A DNA stretch of 64,000 nt from Eledone cirrhosa (taxonomy: Eukaryota). The stretch is from assembly GCA_964016885.1 (NCBI GenBank), contig OZ024741.1, positions 375,596,001 through 375,660,000 on the forward strand, given 5' to 3'. The position numbers and the translations under genes were made by a program. The notes beneath the pieces are model-generated. The model searched no databases. It was not told the origin of the DNA and saw nothing but the letters and a program-made list of their open reading frames with translations. Shown one piece after another: positions 55,550 to 64,000 of this stretch (the stretch's first letter is position 1; every line of letters starts with the position of its first letter).

Positions 55550-55580
<31 letters not shown>

Positions 55581-56415
55581 GGAAAAGAGTCAGGACCCCA
55601 ACAGCTGAGCTCCAGTCATTTCGACAGCTAGATCTGAACTGATTTAGCATTTGGATCTAGCTGTTGAAACAGCCGGAGCTCAGTCATGGGGGTCCTGACT
55701 CTTTTCCTATTACCCACTCTACTACCCTAAGTATTGCGTACTCCTAGTGGTCCACCTAGTATCTTACCACACCCTCTTTGTTATATATATATATGGTTAG
55801 AGCATTGGCCTTGCAATCGAAAGGTTGTGAGTTCAATTCTCAGACCGGGTGATGTGTTGTTTCCTTGAGCAAGACACTTTATTTCACATTGCTCCAGTTT
55901 ACTCAGCTGTAGAAATGAGATGATAGGGACTGGGGTCCATATCATTCCACTGCAAAGTGGTTGTGGAGGTGCCACGGCAAAAAAGCACCCAGCACTCACT
56001 GTAAATGAGGTTGGTGTTAGGAAGGGCATTCAGCTGTAGAAATCAAGCCAGAATCAGTTCCCGTCCCACCCTTGCAAGCAGGGAAAAAGCAGACGTAAAA
56101 TGAAATGATGATGAATGATGATGATATATATATACTGCTATACTATGGGAGAGTCAATGCACCTGTTGGTTTTCACTTCAATCCATTATAATTTTCGGTT
56201 GGCTGGTTAGTTCGATGACCGGATGGTTGAAAGAGCTTTGACAATATATAAATAATCATCTGCTCATTGAACTAACCAACCAACTGGAAATTTATAATAA
56301 ATTGAAGTGAAAAACATAGGTGCATGTGTTTTTATTGGCACCATGACCCTTCCAAAGTATAACAATATATATATTGAGTATATGTTGGTTGTATACCAAC
56401 ACCACACTAATTCGG

Positions 56416-56470
56416 ACTGCCTGAAGAGGCCACAGCCAAAGATGGCTGTCACCGAAATATATATAGCAGT
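56416..56470 (+). ncRNA. Minimal type I hammerhead ribozyme motif (Penelope-type)
   Basis: ACTGC-CTGAAGA-GGCCACAGCCA-AAGA-TGGCTGTCACC-GAAA-TATATA-TA-GCAGT: 5-bp stem I, intact core, long stem II, palindromic stem III, AUA cleavage triplet; AATAAA at 56471-56476. Confidence 0.85.
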
Positions 56471-56576
56471 AATAAACAAAGCCAAATTTTAAACATTTGA
56501 CTTATTTATTTTATTTTATTTTATATATATATGTATATATATATATATATTTGTATATATATATATATATGTATAT

Positions 56577-56618
<42 letters not shown>

Positions 56619-59370
56619 GTTTAACGTCCATCTTCCATGCTAACATGGGTTAGACGGGAGTTGTCCCACTTAAGGCAGGATTGACCGGATGACCATGTCT
56701 CGCTCGTATAGGACTATCTGGCAGGTTTTCTACAGCTGGATGCCCTTGCTAACACCAACCACATTTACAGTGTGGAACTGGAACTTTTTACCGTGTTACC
56801 TACATAGCCACATTGCAGCATGGACTGTGTGTTTTTTGTTGTGACACCTACATGATCTCGATCTCGATCTCATTATCTCATTAGTTTGGACTGGATGTTG
56901 TGGTACCAACTTTACAGAGAAAGGGTGGTGTTGGTGGGAGTGGGTTGGGCGTGTATATTTGGTTAAGAGGTGGCGACTGACTGTAGGTTTCACTTTGTAC
57001 ATAACCAAGGCGTGTCTTCTGTATTACTGCGTGGCGCCAAAGATCTCGCTCCAGTAAACATTGTCTTAGAGAGGTGCAAGTGTGTAAGATCGGAATTTAT
57101 CAAATTGTCCCAGATTTTTCTGGGTCTATCTACTCCATAACTTCCATCAATTTTTATCGCCCTGCACTTTTTTATACAGCTGTTGTCTTTCATGTGCATC
57201 ACATGACTATACCAATGTAGTCTTCTCTCAAGTAAACAGCATCTGATCCCTCTTATTCCTAATTTCTCACTTAGTTCATTAATGTTTTGCCGTTCATGTA
57301 TATTACTATTACACATCCAACAGAACATGTATGCTTCGTTCCTCCCGAGTCTGCGCAGGTCCTCTGCACACAAAGCCCATGTCTCACTGCCATGTAACAT
57401 TGCTGTTCGTATACAAGCATCATAAATCTGCCTTTTATTGTTAGAGAGAAACTTTTGTGGCCAACAGCAGTATAAGCTCTCTGAACTTTTTCCATCCCGT
57501 TCTGACTCTGGCTACTGTACTTTTAGAGCACCCTCCACCACTGCTGATTTTGTCACAAAGGTAACGGAAACTGTCCATTATTTCTATAGAACCATCTGGG
57601 CAATAGAAGGAGCTAGTATCCTGTGGGCACTTGCTACTTATTGCACCTGAGCATCGGCCACATATAAAATCTACGTTCTTAGATAGCTTACCTGTGATCC
57701 CACTACATCTTTTATGTACCCATAGTTTGCATTTGGGACATAAAATGGAATTTCTACCTACTCCTTTCCTACACACTGAGCATGGCCATTTGCCAGAGGG
57801 CACCTGTGCCCTATTTTCCTTTCTACATACTAGAACTTTAGTCTTAGATAAGTTAACTTTAAGGCCTTTTGATTCTAGGCCATGCTTCCATGTTTCGAAT
57901 TTCTTCTCTAGTTCACCCATAGATTCAGCTATGAGAGTTAGATCATCTGCGTATAGAAGTTCCCATGTGCAGCCGGTCTTAAACTCCTCTGTTATAGCCT
58001 GAAGTGCAATAATGAATAGGAGGGGGCTAAGGACAGAGCCTTGATGAACACCAACTTTTACACTAAATTCTTCACTATATTCATTGTTAATTCTAACCTT
58101 GCTGACTGTTTCTTTATACATGGCTTGTATAGCTCTCACAAGCCATTCATCTACACCTAGTTTTCTAAGAGCCCACCGGATAATGGAGTGGGGGACTCTG
58201 TCAAAGGCTTTCTCCAAGTCAACAAAAGCTAAGTAGAGGGGTTTACTTTTAGCTAGGTACTTCTCCTGTAGTTGTCGTACAAAGAAAAGAGCATCTGTGG
58301 TACTTTTACCTGACACAAACCCAAACTGCATTTCATCTAGATCAATTCGATCTCTGATTAGTTGTGCTATAACTCTTTCTGTGACCTTCATGACCTGGTC
58401 AACTAACTTAATGTCTCTATAGTTTCCCCTATCTAGAGCATCTCTTGTAGCAGTTAATGATGATGCTGCTACGCCAGGCATTTGGTATGACCCCATTCTG
58501 TATTAGTTGGTTTACTATCCGGGTGACCATAGTATGTCCCACCATTCCAGATGCCTTCAACATCTCAGCAACTATCTCTGAAGGCCCAGCTGCCTTGCCT
58601 GTCTTCATATCTTTGATTGCCTTACTTATTATACTACCTTTAACTTGCACCGCTGGTCCTTCTATTGGATCGATTTGGGGCAGACTATCTTTTTCCTATT
58701 TATTCTCCTCATTTAGTAGTCTCTCATAATGACACTTCCAAGCTACCTTCTTATTAGTATCAGTGAGGGCAAATACACCATTATCATTATGGACACACTT
58801 CTCCCCTACAATAGCACGGTTTTCCTTGACACATTGTCTTGCAATCCTGAACACCTCATGTTTTGGGTCCTCACATTGTAGAATATGCTTGAACTGTCTA
58901 TCCTCTGCTTCCCTTCTTGCAAAGTACACTTGTCTCCTAGCTTCTCTCCTGGCCACTTGATAGTGTTCTCTACTTCCCCCATCCTGCCATACTTTCCAAG
59001 CCTGCTTTTTGGCTTTGATTGTCTCCTCCACCTTACTGTTCCGCCACCAAGTTACTCTCCCCCTGCCTATAGGTCTGCTCCAGCCATAGATTTCATCTGT
59101 CGCCTTCAGTAGGTTAACTTTCAAGAATTCCCACTGTTCCTCTATATTGTACATCTCTAATTGCTCTTCCTTACTGTCAAAAGCATCAAGTAATAAGCTT
59201 TTAAATTTGTCACTGGCTGTGGGGTCCTTCAACTTCCATATTCTTCTCCTCAAGGTAGTCCTCCTCTGTCATTGAGTACGTCTAGTCCTGACTATGAGGT
59301 TACTAACTACTAGGCTATGTTGGGAGGTGCATTCTGCATGGGGGAGGGATTTGGTGTTTACAACAGACAC
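56577..59370 (-). mobile_element. 5'-truncated RTE-clade LINE (end of APE, RT, PHD-like finger, 3' UTR, (ATG)n tail)
   Basis: RRRIWKLKD, GKAAGPS, NYRDIKL, QFGFVSGKSTTDA, AFVDLEKAFDRV, GVHQGSVLSP, LLYADD, MLHGSETW, RLHWYSHV. Ends in a (CAT)n tract on the + strand at 56577-56618. Confidence 0.93.
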
Positions 59371-59464
59371 ATAATCCCAATATAAATTGGGAGGCAACCA
59401 CTGTTAAAAAATGTACCAAATACGTTAGTAGAGTAAAGGCATATTTATTTTATTATAGAAATGG

Positions 59465-59511
59465 CTTCTACAGGGCTAGAGCTGTTTCATTCATAAAAAA
59501 TCATCAGAAAA
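59465..59511 (-). ncRNA. Hammerhead ribozyme motif
   Basis: TTTT-CTGATGA-TTTTTTATGAAT-GAAA-CAG-CTCTAGCC-CTG-TA-GAAG, then AATAAA. 4-bp stem III, GUA site, weak stem II. Confidence 0.6.
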
Positions 59512-59536
59512 GTGGACTATAAATATATATAATGAA

Positions 59537-62500
59537 CTAGCTGAATTACCCGGCGTTGCCCAGGTTACTGCTGTTCTTATTCCGATTAGTAAATAATGAA
59601 TATGAAGATATGTTTTTTTCCTCATAATTATTTCAAAATATCTATATTTTATTAAAAAAATATCAAAATTGTAATGACAATAGAATTTAGAAATAAAAAT
59701 CTGTCAATCTTGAACCTTAGGGTAAACAATTTTCATTGTTTAATTTTTTGTTGGTGTCCAAATAAATAAATTGTTGCTACACACTCATACACATACACTC
59801 TCATATACATATACTAAGACAGGCACACACAGACATACATTCACACAGACACACGTATAGCTTTTTACTTCATTTTTGGTCAGTTGGTACACATGTGTAG
59901 ATGTGTGTGTGTATTTAATCACGTACCTAATGAACACGCACACACACACACTCACAGACACATACATATTCATATACAAAATGTGACAAAGGTGTTGTTT
60001 TCTATTATTTTAATGCAAATGAAAATTAAAATTATCACATACACTAACACATACACTTACACACACATACACTCTCACATATACTCACACACACATACTC
60101 ACACACACACATCACACACATACACTTTTACATATACTCACACACGCTCTCACATACACTCACATACATATACTAAGAGAGAGACACACAGACATATATT
60201 CACGCACACCTGTGTCATCAAATATGTATCTGTATGTGTAGATGTGTGTGTGTGTTTAATTGTCTGTGTGTGAAGATAATGTCCATGCAATTTACATAGT
60301 AACGAACTTGCAAACCCACTCACAGACACATACACACTCACAGACACAAACACACTCACACACAAATACACACTCACAGACACATACACACTCACAGATA
60401 CATACACACTCACAGACACATACACACTCACAGACACAAACACACTCACACACAAATACACACTCACAGACACATACACACTCACAGATACATACACACT
60501 CACAGACACATACACACTCACAGACACAAACACACTCACACACAAATACACACTCACAGACACATACACACCCACAGACACATACACACTCACAGACACA
60601 TACACACTCACAGACACAAACACACTCACACACAAATACACACTCACAGACACAAACACACTCACACACAAATACACACTCACAGACACATACACACTCA
60701 CAGATACATACACACTCACAGATACATACACACTCATAGACACAAACACACTCACAGACACATACACACTCACAGACACAAACACACTCACACACAAATA
60801 CACACTCACAGACACATACACACTCACAGATACATACACACTCATAGACACATACACACTCACAGACACATACACACTCACAGACACATACACACTCACA
60901 GATACATACACACTCACAGACACATACACACTCACAGACACAAACACACTCACAGACAAATACACACTCACAGACAGAAACACACTCACAAACACAAACA
61001 CACTCACAGACACATACACACTCACAGACACAAACACACACACAGACACATACACACTCACAGACACATACACACTCACCAGACACAAACACACTCACAG
61101 ACACATACACACTCACAGACACATACACACTCACAGACACAAATACACTCACAGACACATACACACTCACAGACAGAAACACACTCACAAACACAAACAC
61201 ACTCACAGACACATACACACTCACAGACACATACCCACTCACACACAAATACACACACAGACACATACACACTCACAGACACAAACACACACACAGACAC
61301 ATACACACTCACAGACACAAACACACTCACAAACACATACACACTCACAGACAAATACACACTCACAGACACATACACACTCACAGACACAAACACACTC
61401 ACGGACACATACACACTCACAGACACATACACACTCACAGACACAAACACACACACAGACACATACACACTCACATACACACTCACAGACACATACACAC
61501 TCACAGACACAAACACACTCACAGACACAAACACACTCACAGACACATACACACTCACAGACACAAATACACTCACAGACACAAACACACTCACAGACAC
61601 ATACACACTCACAGACACAAACACACTCACAGACACATACACACTCACAGACACATACACACTCACAGACACAAACACACACACAGACACATACACACTC
61701 ACATACACACTCACAGACACATACACACTCACAGATACATACACACTCACAGACACATACACACTCACAGACACAAACACACTCACAGACAAATACACAC
61801 TCACAGACAGAAACACACTCACAAACGCAAACACACTCACACACAAATACACACTCACAGACACATACACACTCACAGATACATACACACTCATAGACAC
61901 ATACACATTCACAGACACAAACACACTCACAGACAAATACACACTCACAGACAGAAACACACTCACACACAAATACACACTCACAGACACATACACACTC
62001 ACAGATACATACACACTCATAGACACATACACACTCACAGACACATACACACTCACAGACACATACACACTCACAGATACATACACACTCACAGACACAT
62101 ACACACTCACAGACACAAACACACTCACAGACAAATACACACTCACAGACAGAAACACACTCACAAACACAAACACACTCACAGACACATACACACTCAC
62201 AGACACAAACACACACACAGACACATACACACTCACAGACACATACACACTCACCAGACACAAACACACTCACAGACACATACACACTCACAGACACATA
62301 CACACTCACAGACACAAACACACTCACAGACACATACACACTCACAGACAGAAACACACTCACAAACACAAACACACTCACAGACACATACACACTCACA
62401 GACACATACCCACTCACACACAAATACACACACAGACACATACACACTCACAGACACAAACACACACACAGACACATACACACTCACAGACACAAACACA

Positions 62501-63387
62501 CTCACAAACACATACACACTCACAGACAAATACACACTCACAGACACATACACACTCACAGACACAAACACACTCACGGACACATACACACTCACAGACA
62601 CATACACACTCACAGACACAAACACACACACAGACACATACACACTCACATACACACTCACAGACACATACAGACTCACAGACACAAACACACTCACAGA
62701 CACAAACACACTCACAGACACATACACACTCACAGACACAAATACACTCACAGACACAAACACACTCACAGACACATACACACTCACAGACACAAACACA
62801 CTCACAGACACATACACACTCACAGACACATACACACTCACAGACACAAACACACACACAGACACATACACACTCACATACACACTCACAGACACATACA
62901 CACTCACAGACACAAATACACTCACAGACACACTCACAGACACAAACACACTCACAGACACAAACACACTCACGGACACATACACACTCACAGACACATA
63001 CACACTCACAGACACATACACACTCACAGACACATACACACTCACAGACACAAATACACTCACAGACACATACACACTCACAGACACATACACACTCACA
63101 GACACATACACACTCACAGACACATACACACTCACAGACACATACACACTCACAGACACATACACACGCATATACAAAATGTGACTCATCGTCATCATAG
63201 TCGTGGTGGTGGTTTGCTATAGAAATGTTTTTTTAATCCAAATGAAAATAAAAATTACATGTTGACACTCCCGGGGTCTAATACTATTACCTTGTAACAT
63301 TTGATTTGGTCCAGCCGTTTGAGAATGCATAGGAACAGACAGAGAGACAGAGAGACAGAGAGACAGAGAATTTTATATATATAGAGA
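59537..63387 (-). mobile_element. Non-autonomous Helitron with an internal satellite array
   Basis: 5' TCTCTATATATATAAAA at 63387; 3' CCTGGGCAACGCCGGG hairpin then CTAG at 59537; A|T target. Termini are of the same type as 16165-16809. Confidence 0.78.
60315..63170. repeat. 18-bp minisatellite (CACACTCACAGACACATA/AAA)n with higher-order duplication
   Basis: ~2.85 kb array; the rare variant CTCACCAGAC recurs at ~61076 and ~62250 with the same downstream variant order (period ~1175 bp). Confidence 0.95.
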
Positions 63388-63523
63388 TGCTTAGTGGTTA
63401 GGAGGCTGTCAGCCTCATGATTGTAAGGTTCAATTCCTGGACCAAGTAGTGCATTGTGTTCTTTGCTTCACATCACTCAACTAGTGTTAACCCTATGATG
63501 GACTATCAGGGTGTGGTGTAATC

Positions 63524-63744
63524 TTAACCCTTTAGCATTTAAACCGGCTGTATCCGGCCCTTACCTCTTTCTGTTCAAACTGGCTGTAACTGGCTGCTCA
63601 TACCTACATTAAGGTATTGTTCTCAAAATAAATAATATCAAAATCTCGTAGATTCGATATTATATGAGATAATTATGTAATATAAAGCCTTTACTGTGAA
63701 AATACAATAGTAAATATAGAGTAATGTAAATGTTAAAGGGTTAA
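63524..63744. mobile_element. piggyBac-like MITE (same family)
   Basis: TTAA-CCCTTTAGCATTTA ... TAAATGTTAAAGGG-TTAA. Confidence 0.85.
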
Positions 63745-64000
63745 ATCAATATAAATTCTAGAATAATAAACCTGTAGGCTTGATAGACTAATTCAAACAT
63801 GCATAATACTTACAGAAATACAGCCCTCTGGGCAGTTTTTGTTAGTATATGTATGTGTGTCTGTACTTTTCTTAAAGGCTAAAACACTTGCTTGATACAG
63901 GTTTCTAATCTGAAGACCTTTTGCTATCTACTTCTCCTGAGAGTTTCTTACCACATGTGTGTGTGTGCATGTTTTTCATAATGTATCTGTTGATATATTC

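Noticed and set aside
60150-63198. Long VSVSVY / CECVCV ORFs
   Set aside because: Translations of the 18-bp satellite.

Overview
AT-rich, microsatellite-dense animal genomic DNA. The SINE, RTE and MITE families and repeat density point to a coleoid cephalopod, most likely Octopus (inference). The only host gene I can support is a + strand JIP1/MAPK8IP1 (fly Aplip1) ortholog. Four phase-compatible internal exons lie at 22983-23550, 32923-33058, 39382-39765 and 49519-49689; the first exon and the exons for the rest of the SH3 and the PTB domain were not found here. The rest is transposon-derived: a near full-length decayed Tx1/L1 LINE, RTE LINEs with a PHD-like finger inside ORF2, a CRE-like 3' end, a Penelope GIY-YIG 3' end, two non-autonomous Helitrons (one carrying a ~2.9 kb 18-bp satellite), hAT/Tc1-mariner/piggyBac MITEs, many tRNA-derived SINEs and several minisatellites. 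The most notable signal is about 10 sequence-diverse minimal hammerhead-ribozyme motifs in short Penelope-like mini-elements. Many sit beside (TA)n and most are joined to an AATAAA and/or a fold-back inverted duplication (17 bp to ~600 bp arms). Three are on the sense strand of the JIP1 pre-mRNA. All calls come from reading the sequence by eye; no searches or folding were run.
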